A model generated the notes under the pieces. That model did not search any database and was not told the DNA's origin. It saw nothing but the letters and a program-made list of their open reading frames with translations. A DNA stretch of 63,441 nt, the filler included, from Octopus bimaculoides (Eukaryota), in the NCBI RefSeq assembly GCF_001194135.2. It is 12 parts of 11 records of this genome, joined end to end, with 100 filler letters (N's around TTAATTAATTAA, not from the genome) between each part and the next. Parts side by side here need not be neighbours in the genome. Positions count along the whole stretch, not along the records: positions 12,528 to 26,292 come from NC_069000.1; 11 more parts are not named here. One strand, given 5' to 3'. This document shows, piece by piece, positions 12,428 through 23,512 of this stretch. Position 1 is the first letter of the stretch. Every line of letters starts with the position of its first letter. The translations under genes and the position numbers were made by a program.

Positions 12428-14886
12428 NNNNNNNNNNNNNNNNNNNNNNNNNNNNNNNNNNNNNNNNNNNNTTAATTAATTAANNNNNNNNNNNNNNNNN
12501 NNNNNNNNNNNNNNNNNNNNNNNNNNNCAAAGTCGGTCCCGGTAGAATTTGAACCTAGAACGTAAAGAAACGGAAGAAATGCCGCTAAGGACTATGACTT
12601 TAGTTTTGGCTATACTTGTTGTTGTTGTTGGTGGTGGTGGTGGTGGTCGTCGTCGTCGTCGTCGTCGTCGTCCTCATCTTCCACGTCAACCCTGTTTGAA
12701 CAAACCTATGAACGAAGGCGTTCCATCCGCGACCAGCCTGTTATTTTGGAGTTATGTGGGACTTCATTACCAGATGTGCTTAAGGCGCTTTTTTTCCTGC
12801 TTTAAGATGGTAAAAAATTGAGCAAGATTTAGCGGCTACTTTTGCCAGATTGCATGACCATGTAGAAGCTCCACTTTTGATTGGACGATCCGCAGTCGCG
12901 TGAGGAGATATAAGCTTCGGTGTAGGGATACAGCAACAGGCGGACTGTGTGACCATGGGTGGGGCAAATATGTCATTGACTGGAAGTGAAATAGTAATGT
13001 ATGTCAATGGCTAAGTTGTGAGGGTTTGAAATGTTATTTGTGGGATAGTAACGGGGCGATGGCGGGCCAAATACGTAACGGTAGTTGTAGTGGTAGTAGT
13101 AGTGGTTGTGGTAGTGGTTGTGGTAGTAGTAGTAGTTGTGTGATTGTGCGGTTGTGGTGATTCCGGTTTTGGTTGTTCTGGCGGTTGTGGTTACTTTTGT
13201 GGTGGTACGTAATTGAGTTGGCCTACAGTGGAGTAAATCAATGGAGACGCTGATGGTGATGGCGGTTCATCGGTGGAGAGAAGCGGTAGTGGTGGTGATG
13301 GTGGTAGTTGTTATGGTGGTGGTGGTGGTGGTAGCGGTGGTGGTTATTGTTGTGGTGCAATATTGAATTGTCCTATAGTGGAAAGCGTCGAGGTATTGGT
13401 GATGGTGATGAATATGATGGTGGTGATGATGGTGTTGTTGTTGTTGGTGGTGGTGGTGGTGGTGGTGGTGGTGGNNNNNNNNNNNNNNNNNNNNNNNNNN
13501 NNNNNNNNNNNNNNNNNNNNNNNNNNNNNNNNNNNNNNNNNNNNNNNNNNNNNNNNNNNNNNNNNNNNNNNNNNNNNNNNNNNNNNNNNNNNNNNNNNNN
13601 NNNNNNNNNNNNNNNNNNNNNNNNNNNNNNNNNNNNNNNNNNNNNGATGGTGATGAGTAATTAAGTTGAGCAGTTTTGTGGGTTTTGAGGTTGGGAGTGG
13701 GAGTGGGAGGTGACAGTCCAAGAGAGAGAGAAAGATCGGTTTATTTCTGTTCAGCATTTGATCTTTCAAACATCTATGAATCTAATAAATGCGCGTGTAC
13801 ACACATGCACGCACGAACAAGCGCACACACACACAAACCCACACACACACACGCACAAACACAAACACTTACATACAAATACGTATATGTATACTCGTTG
13901 TATACACTCAGAGACTGGTGCACACACGAACACACACATAAACACACACACACACACACTCACGCATACTCATATAAGTGCGCAAACAAATGTTATAAGA
14001 ACATACTTATTATACACTCAGAAACTGGCGCAAGCGCACACAAACGTACTCACGCAGACTCAGACATATATTTACTAACATACGAACACACACATACACA
14101 CACACATGCACGCATACATATATGTACACACACACACACAGTCGCTGACATACATTTTCATACACAGGCACACAAGTGTGTTCATGCCCCCAAACATATT
14201 GACCCTTTCTCACTCTCTCTGTCTTTCTCATTCTGATGCTCTTTCTCTTTTCTTCTCTCTCTCTCTCTCTCTCTCTTTCTACCCCACCCCCGTTTATCTG
14301 TCTTGCGCCTCGATAAAGTCAAAACTACATACATAAATACATAGATTAATGCCTATAGACACATACACACACACGCTCGTGCACATGCATACAAATATAT
14401 AGACTTTCTATCTCTCTTACATACACACACACAAATACATACGCCTAATAATAAACCTCATCTACATGAAAATGCGCAATAGAGTAAACACACTAAACGC
14501 TGTGTACAGAGACAGACACACATACACACAAAATATTCATAAGATTTTTTATTATATCACTGGTCCAAATTTACCGTCGATCGAATCTATGTCCAATGTT
14601 TTATCGATTCCAGAGCAGAGATGACGGGTAAACTTAACCCCGGAGGAATTCGAACTCGTAAAGGGATGTTACTAAATTCCCAATGGCATCGGGTTCGATG
14701 TTCTAATTATTCTGCTACGCACCGAATACCTCACTCATAGAGACACTTTAATTCATACTCACACACACACACACACACACACACACGCATAAATATATTA
14801 ACCCATAATCACTCTCTCTTTACCCATTTATTTCTTAATCTCACTCACTCTCCCTCTCTCTTTCTATCTCTCTTACTCTCTCTCCA

Positions 14887-14946
<60 letters not shown>

Positions 14947-15934
14947 GTGAGTATATCACGTTCAAGTACTCAGAAACACACATGGACATTGACACAATCA
15001 GACAGACATATAAGCAATAAGTCACAATGAACACACACATCGAACAAGCATACATAAATAAACACACACAAACGCATACAGACACTCACGCACGAGCGCA
15101 CATACATGCACATACGCGTACATGCACACACTTACAAAAGCACAGCACACAGTTGAACACATATATTTATACGTATGGAAACACAATCCCATTCGTACCA
15201 CGTCTATTCATATACGAGCATAAACATTAAGGCAATCACAATCATATTTGTCTCAAACAACTGACTAATTTCGATCGTCTCTGTACAAAATCTCTAGAAG
15301 AACAACAAACAGAGAAAGCAAAAGAAGGGTGAGGACAGAGATGAAGAGGGGATAGAAAATATGTGATTTTGTGGGCGTATGGTGGCGACTACATTGTCTA
15401 TTGTACTCATGGGACATGAGAGGCAACAAGATTATGAAGTTTATACAGTAAAAAGACGTTATATTTGTTATTTTTCTATGTTTAAATTTGTTTCGAGTCC
15501 ACGAACAATCAGCAAGCGATAAATGCGTGAATTGACTGCTTCTTGTGATCCGATCTGCTTATTTTTCTGTTTACACGCGCGCAGGCAAACGCAGACACAT
15601 ACATACACAGAAATGTTAATATATATACTTCATGCATATTATAAGTATATATCACATATTGCTGAGAATTATCTACAATGCTAACGACATGTTGCTGACT
15701 AACGACATGTCCCAGACACTCGTCTAATTTTAAACTTGTTGCTGGTCTTAATGCTAACATTCTGACAATCAATCTAGTGTCATATCATTGTAATTTACCA
15801 AAATAAAACCTGTTTTGATGGCAGCATTTAGAGATTAACTCCACATTAGCATTTAAATTATTAGTTGTCGTAGCTAAAGTAAGAAATTTTCAGCTGTACA
15901 TAGTTGTCATTTTTACATACATACATATACTTAC

Positions 15935-15971
<37 letters not shown>

Positions 15972-16354
15972 CGTACGTACGTATGTATGCATGTATGCAT
16001 GTATGTATGTATATATATATATATATACCTATTACTTATGCATACATATGACAGAGGAGGAGACAACTGAAGAAAGAGAGAAAGGAGAATATGTTTGTGA
16101 ACAAACTTCATAATCTCGTCTCCTTTCATGTCCCATAAATATCATAAACAATAGAGAAGCTATTTTGCACCCACAAAAGACAAAAAAAAACGCATGGCCT
16201 CTGTCCCTCGGAGCTATCTGGTTTCGTACTTGTACCTCTCAAGCACCCACATAACACTCATCTTTCCACACTTCATCACTTATACTGCGTCCACCACAAC
16301 TGTATCTGCACATACTACTATTAACAGTTCCTTCTCTCGTTTAGATAGTTTAGA

Positions 16355-17829
16355 TAGTTGGGGCACTGCACAGGGTCGGAGTGGACTGGGCCCGTGCTGT
16401 CAGTATGGCTACAGATAGCGCTCCATCAATGATTGGGGAAAAAATCAGGTGTTGTGACGCAGTTCAGAGAGAAAGTACAGACTGCAAATGGAAGGCGTAA
16501 TTTTTGAATATTTCACTGCATTTTGCACCAGGAGACATTGTATTGCAAGTCGTTCAAAGTGGATCACGTCATGGAAATAGTTGTCCGAACTGTTAATTTC
16601 ATCCAAACTAGAAGTTTGAATTACCGTCAGATTGACAATCTTCTCAGCGATATAGGCGTTACCTATGGCTTGCCGTATCACACCGAGGTAAGGTGGTTAA
16701 GCCGAGGTGCTATGTTGAAGTGTTTCGTTAATCTACAAAAAGAAATAGAACGGTTCATGGAGGAAAAGGGTAAACTGGTGTTAGAATTTCAATCACCAGA
16801 ATGGCTGCAAGATTTAGCATTTATCGTGAATATTACAGAGCAGTTGAATAATCTGAACAAAATGCTGCAAGGCCGTAAAAATGTTGTCACACAGAATTTT
16901 GAAAGCATAAGCGCATTCAAGTTGAGGCTAACTTTGTGGGAGACACAACTGTCAGGTGGTGACCCTGCTTATTTTCGTTGTCTAAAAGATGTGGTTGCGA
17001 CCGCAGATAATGTTGACATGAATCGATACAAAGACAATATCATGGGATTGCTGCGGGAGTTTCAGCAACGGTTTCAGATTTTTGATGAACTTGAGACAAA
17101 TTTCACAGTTTTTCGCTCGTCATTTATAATCAACGCCTCTTTTCTGCCCGTAAATATCTAATTTGAAATGATTGACTTGCAGTTTGATTCAGACATGAAG
17201 AACAAATTCACCTCGGTGGACTTGGATACATTTCATTAGGATTTCTTGTAAAAGTACCCCATATTGACAGCCCTTGCTGTGAAAGTTTAGTGCGTGTTCG
17301 GGACTACCTACGTTTGTGAACAAGTTTTTTTTTCTGTAATGAGCATCAATAAAAGAAGGATCAAGGATCACACTTAAGCACCTAAATGACATCCTGAAAT
17401 TGGCTTCCACTCAGGATTTGACGCCTGATGTTGATGCGCTTGTGAAGGAGAAAAGATGCCAAGTTTCAGGAACATATTGAAAATAAAGAATGAAAAATAA
17501 AAGTGTTTCTAAATGTTTTTCAAAGTGTTTTTTTTTATATATAAATTGCATGCATGTATATGTGTGATATATAGCTGTGTGATATCTCAGATATAAAGCT
17601 GTGTGATATCTTAGTCTTCTTTAACAGTTCTCACTTTCATTTGTTCAATGTTTTGCAAAAAACAAAATTTTCAGAATGCACTTTTTTACTCTAAAACAAA
17701 GGGAAAATTTTGAAATTGCTATTTATATGTTCTTATGCCATGATTTCATTGTTCCGGCCCACTTGAGATCAAATTGAGATCAAATTGATCAAATGTGTCC
17801 CGTAAATTAAAATGACTTTGACACCGCTG
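16355..17829 (+). mobile_element. hAT DNA transposon (Charlie/SPIN/GTF2IRD2-like transposase), 5'-truncated and inactive
   Basis: Reads GVDWARAVSMATDSAPSMIG, FHCILHQE, HTEVRWLSRG, WLQDLAFIVNITEQLNNLNKMLQG and C-terminal FGTTYVCEQ, with stops and frameshifts. The right end TTTGACACCGCTG is followed by ATCTAGAA (nTCTAGAn target preference). No left TIR was found. Confidence 0.92.
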
Positions 17830-18085
17830 ATCTAGAACTATATTATACATTCTGCTTTTCAAGACAGAACTGTGATTCGAGGTATTTGGTCAGCGAGTTG
17901 AGCGCTTCATTTTTTTGTTGCTTGAAATCTTCTTTGTTTTTTTTTTTACCTCTTTCCAACCTCATTGATACTAATTTATCATTTCATTTGGTTGTCATAA
18001 AAATCTAATTAAATGTTTTCTCCCTCATTTCTAATTGCAGCCTTCAAACCCCTGAAGATAGTAGCATAATATTATACAACCTACC

Positions 18086-18140
18086 ATGAATTTGTTGGAG
18101 ATTCTCCTGCTGTTCTGCGGCTTTTTCTCTGCCCTTATAG
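18086..18140 (+). CDS. Ig-domain gene, first coding exon (signal peptide MNLLEILLLFCGFFSALI)
   Basis: Acceptor TTCTAATTGCAG ends at 18040, so an upstream UTR exon is implied. ACCATG start, hydrophobic peptide, phase-1 donor AG/GTAAAT at 18141. Confidence 0.8.
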
Positions 18141-18529
18141 GTAAATAAAATTATTTATCAAATTGACCTTTAAGTTAAATCCACGAAATTACTTCTAGAT
18201 ATTTATGTTATTTATTTATTTTAACATTTAATGTTAAATGAAAGCTTATGTCTTTTTTTTTTATTACCCCTTTCCTCCTCTCTTTTTCCTTCTTTAACGC
18301 TTTCATCCAAATTTCCTTTGTTTCTTTCTATTTATCTGTACTCAATCGCGTGGTTTATCGATAAATGCAGTAACTTTTGATTGGTTAAATGTGCGCATTT
18401 TTGATGCTGAAATGATTGATGACATTATCATTGACGAATGAAAGTATATAACAAGACACTCTTACCTCTTTGACTACTTATTGAAAAACATTACAATTTT
18501 TGGAATTTACTTTTACAATTGGGGATCTG

Positions 18530-18720
18530 AAAAGCTTAGTTGTTAGGGACGTTGGACTTATGACTGTAAGATAGCAGTTTCGATTCCGGGACCGAGTGAT
18601 ACATTGATTTCTTGAGCAAAACACTTTATTTCACGTTGTTCTAGTCTACACAGCTGATAAAAATGAGTAATCCTGCAACGGACCGGCATCCCATCCAGGG
18701 AGAAATGTATATGCATCAGA
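18530..18720 (+). mobile_element. SINE family E (tRNA head plus CORE-like CTTGAGCAAAACACTT)
   Basis: A/B-box-like head. Related copies at 26028-26260 (+), 33590-33960 (-), 51000-51265 (-) and 52940-53095 (+). Confidence 0.7.
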
Positions 18721-19102
18721 GAAAGCAAGAAAATCACCGTATGCTTCTCACGGAGTAATGTAGACTAAACCACGACCCATCTTTGCAATTAGGAGACAAA
18801 ACCTACTCCGAGAGAGTGTATATTTAAATATATAATATATACACACACATATATGTATATATATGTGTGTATGTGTGTGTGTTTTTGTGTATGTGTGTGT
18901 GTGTTTGAGTGTATGTGTATGTGCACTTCCTTAACAATTTGCTACCTACCTCTAAACATATATATATAATGTATGTATGCATATATATACATATATTTAC
19001 AGCATATTTACATGTATACATACATATACATATTTTTATATATATACATACATACATGCATATATATATGTTTGTATGTATGTATATATGTGTGTGTGTG
19101 TG

Positions 19103-19149
<47 letters not shown>

Positions 19150-19348
19150 GGGTGTGTTTGCGTGTGTGTATGTATGTATGTATAAATATTTATACATATA
19201 TACACATATTCTGCAAATACACATGCATAGATAAGCGAAGTAAGNNNNNNNNNNNNNNNNNNNNNNNNNNNNNNNNNNNNNNNNNNNNNNNNNNNNNNNN
19301 NNNNNNNNNNNNNNNNNNNNNNNNNNNNNNNNNNNNNNNNNNNNNNNN

Positions 19349-19393
<45 letters not shown>

Positions 19394-20739
19394 AATATAC
19401 AAATAAAAAATGAAAATCCTGAAGTTACACGCACGTGGAAAGGTATAAGTGATTATTTGGATGCTTAATTTTAAGTGATTGAGCACTTAACTGCTTTTGA
19501 ATAAAACTTTCATTGAATGGAGGATAACGTTCATTGTAAATAGGTAATTTTGATGAAATAAATGTCTCAGCGGTCGGCAACTGCTACTGAATGAGACGGG
19601 CAACAACACAGTAGATAAGATTAGTTTACCTTACTTTAGTTGGCAATCTGAGTGGAATTTAAAATTTCAGTAAAGTTTATGAAGTAGTATCAACAGTTAA
19701 TGGCTTAATGTTACCAACAGAGAGTTCCCTGGTGGCAGTAAGGTGTCAGTTTAGTTAGTTTGTTTTTTTGTCTTTTCAACAAAGATGCAGTTTATGAATT
19801 TGTAGTATTGCCTTCTTTTAGCATTAGTTAGTAATTATCAAGATACCGATGCCATCACGTGATCTAAACTGACCAATGAAAACAAATCTTATTCACCACC
19901 AGATGATAATCAACCTTCTTTACAAAACTGTGCCTAACTCATCATTAAGAAATAAGCATCCCATGCTAAGATATTTATTTCCTTTAATTTTTTTTTAATC
20001 TACAAGTTATGCGTTTGTAAGTCAAGCTGTTCGCACAAATATTTAAATATCGCAGCAGGATGTTGAGTGCTATTTTCTTTCGTGTGCACATATTAATGTA
20101 CGTGTTTGTATTTTCGTAAATGGGTGTATGCGTGCGTGTGTGTGTGTGTGTGTGTGTGTGTCTGTGTGTGTGTAAAACTTTAAGAGTTGTGAACTACTTT
20201 ATTTGTTCTGTATACATATTTATTTTTAACTTCTAATTACTTAATTTATTTCATCATTTAGTCATTTATTTTGTTTTTGTTCAATATGATATCGATCGAA
20301 AACACAAGAAACTTTTTTAATAGTTACATTTAGAGATAAATCTCTAAAGATACAGGTGTATTCATGAGCGTGTATGAGTTGATATGTGTGTGTGTGTGTG
20401 TGTACAAATACATACATACAGATCTACAGACATACTGTGTACAACATATATATATATATATATATANNNNNNNNNNNNNNNNNNNNNNNNNNNNNNNNNN
20501 NNNNNNNNNNNNNNNNNNNNNNNNNNNNNNNNNNNNNNNNNNNNNNNNNNNNNNNNNNNNNNNNNNNNNNNNNNNNNNNNNNNNNNNNNNNNNNNNNNNN
20601 NNNNNNNNNNNNNNNNNNNNNNNNNNNNNNNNNNNNNNNNNNNNNNNNNNNNNNNNNNNNNNNNNNNNNNNNNNNNNNNNNNNNNNNNNNNNNNNNNNNN
20701 NNNNNNNNNNNNNNNNNNNNNNNNNNNNNNNNNNNNNNA

Positions 20740-20825
20740 ACCACTCCTGAAGAAGTGCCAAATGTCTAAATCCAATGGACCAGTCACTGGATAAGTTTGG
20801 CACAGAAATGTTAACATAGAGTGGT
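20740..20825 (+). ncRNA. Type I hammerhead ribozyme motif
   Basis: Stem I ACCACTC/GAGTGGT; core CTGAAGA (20747-20753); stem II GTGCCAAA/TTTGGCAC; GAAA (20805-20808); palindromic stem III ATGTTAACAT; predicted cleavage after AUA at 20818. The 10.1/11.1 position is A.A, which is non-canonical. Confidence 0.75.
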
Positions 20826-20900
20826 GAATAAATCGATATATCGAATTTGAAGTCTCTGTCTCTTTTGAATATGAAAACTTGAAAGTTTAAAAACCTTATA

Positions 20901-20937
<37 letters not shown>

Positions 20938-21152
20938 GTACTACGCTTACAAAGAATAAGTCTTGGGGTCGATTTGCTCGACTAAAGGCGGTGCTCCAGC
21001 ATGGACACAGTCAAATGACTGAAACAAGTAAAAGAGAGTAAAGAGTTTATATATATTAGTTTGTGTGTGTTTGGGTGGTGTGTATGTTCGTGTGTATGAA
21101 CCGTTATCGCCGCTATTGACTATTATATTTTTCTTATTTTTCTTTACTACAG

Positions 21153-21176
21153 TTTCTGGAGTATCCAGTCAAGACG
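21153..21176 (+). CDS. Ig-domain gene, 24-nt microexon (V)SGVSSQD(V)
   Basis: Long polypyrimidine tract plus TACAG acceptor, and a G/GTAAGT donor. Phase 1-1, joining the flanking exons in frame. Confidence 0.8.
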
Positions 21177-22644
21177 GTAAGTTGCACATTTTAATTCTTT
21201 TATTTGCATCTTTTGCTGTATTGTTTCTTCAACAGATTATGTAATGCCTTCTACTTAACTTCAGTTGATAATGTTTATGTAAATAAAACGCGTATGGCAA
21301 CCATTGAAAGAAAACGGAAAAAAACCTTTGTCAGAGATGAAAATTTAGGAAATATTTGGATTAGTTTAATAGATAAAGGAAATTACTGTAGCAGACGTTT
21401 TCAACCTCGATTTCGCGGCACAGTTGTGCACTGCATTTTGCCTACTGCTGCACTGTGAACTTTTATGGCTAATCAGAAAATGCCAGGATGTTTCGGAAAC
21501 TCGTGTGTTCTAAAACACAGCACATAACACCAAAGTAGCAAAGTCATCTTTATTTTAAAACAATTTTAACATTCATTTATTTATTTAATAAAATTGTTAA
21601 AAAGTTTCCATATGACGCAAAATTTAGCACAGAAGGGCATGAGAGTAGAAGAGCAAATTATCATTAAACTTCTACAGGCTTGCGGGAAACTCCTCCTATA
21701 ACTTTCCTATGGAAAATCGTGAATCTTCAAAGTTTGGATATTGATGGTCCATGATCACTGACACCTGCAGGCATAGCTTGTGGTATGCTGTATCACTTAT
21801 AGTACCTATCGATAAAGCTTGAAAGGCGCTCCTGTAAATCACTGACTAAATGCTTTGTAGTATTTAGTTGCATCCTCTTACATTTAGATTCCAGTTTCCG
21901 TGACGGTCAGATGTACTTTTCATCCTTCAGAGGATAATATAAGTTGTTTTCTTAAATTTGCCCAGATTTTTTTTACTTCTGTTGTTTTTGTTTTTCTTTT
22001 TATTTTATTTTTGTTTTCATAGAAAATTTATTTGCATATTGGTTACTTGGTCCAGCTCTGCTGAAAATATCAGTGTGAAGTACGAGTTACACGCAAAGCA
22101 AGAAGCCAGTGATATTCCTTTACATTGCAATAAACATTTTAATTGGTTATTTTTGTCTATTACAACATATAGTACTGACTAGGATACTAACATTTTAAGA
22201 TACTAACACCACATATATGAAAACAAAAGAGTTAAGGTTTTCTTATTTTACGCCCACTGTCACAGTGTGTGGCCTCAATCAGACCATGCTCGATTAAATT
22301 TAAGGCACGTAAACAACTGGATATATTATGTTTATGCCTTTTGGAGGACATGTATATGTCTGGTTTATGATGTAATTGTTTGACTCCAGGTCGATACTCA
22401 TTGAACATTTTTCTGACTAATGGTGTTCTATCCTTGAGTATCCTGCCTGTTATTCAGATCTATGGCTACATTTTCCAATTTAGTCAAATATATATTATGT
22501 AAAGTATTCAGTGAAATATTTATGTGAGTTCTATAAATGGTTGACAGTTACTGGTTTCTACAGCAAACGTAGCCAAACCCTTTAAAAAATTATTTATATA
22601 TTGATTAGTCATTTAATTGATTGAATAACTTATTAATCTTGCAG

Positions 22645-22977
22645 TGACTATAAGCGTGGAGCCAAACAAACCTTCATTGTCGGGACCAATTTTTATCAAC
22701 TGCACGACCGATGTCGCGTCTAAGAAAATACAGAGTTTCTCCATATATCGCGGTAAAGAGGAAATATTGACTTTCGACCCTGCAAGCAGACCCCGAGTCC
22801 AATGGTCAGACGAATCCTTGAAACAACACTTTACATTCTACAAAGCTCTAAAAAAGCAGACAATTCTCAGTTTGGAAGTGAAGAACCCACTATGCACCGA
22901 CCAAAACGTTTACAAATGCGTACTTGTTGTGAAAAACAAAGAGCCCAAAGAAGATCAAAAGAGAGTCGACTTTTACG
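22645..22977 (+). CDS. Ig-domain gene, V-type immunoglobulin-like domain exon
   Basis: TTGCAG acceptor and G/GTTTGT donor; 333 nt, phase 1-1. B-strand IFINC and F-strand DQNVYKC cysteines have 71 residues between them. The E-strand reads ILSLEV, and the canonical Trp is replaced (FSIYR). Confidence 0.85.
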
Positions 22978-23445
22978 GTTTGTCTGTCTTATTTGGGTTC
23001 TTCCTTATTTTTTGTGGTTTTGTTTAATATTTTTCTGAACTGCGTTTCTTTTTTCTTTATTTTTATTTTATTTGAATTAACTGCTAGGATGCTTATGTAA
23101 ATAGTTAGATATCAAAGCCACTAATTGGAGACCGAAAAGAGAGAAAGGCTTCCATCATTTCTGCCTTTTCAAATTAGTGCTTTGTAGTTTGTATTTTTTG
23201 TTTTGTTTTAACATATTTAATCTTCGAGTCATCTAAGTTTATCGTGTTTTAGCATATATTCTACTTCTTTCTTTTATTTAAATTTNNNNNNNNNNNNNNN
23301 NNNNNNNNNNNNNNNNNNNNNNNNNNNNNNNNNNNNNNNNNNNNNNNNNNNNNNNNNNNNNNNNNNNNNNNNNNNNNNNNNNNNNNNNNNNNNNNNNNNN
23401 NNNNNNNNNNNNNNNNNNNNNNNNNNNNNNNNNNNNNNNNNNNNN

Positions 23446-23512
<67 letters not shown>

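Noticed and set aside
11661-12483. Many long ORFs rich in YI/HT/CV/T/V/X across the window
   Set aside because: They are translations of (TA)n, (CA)n, (TATG)n, (CTA)n and N runs.
18356-18386. DRE-like TATCGATA plus reverse CCAAT
   Set aside because: Short motifs are expected by chance in AT-rich intron sequence, and there is no TSS evidence.
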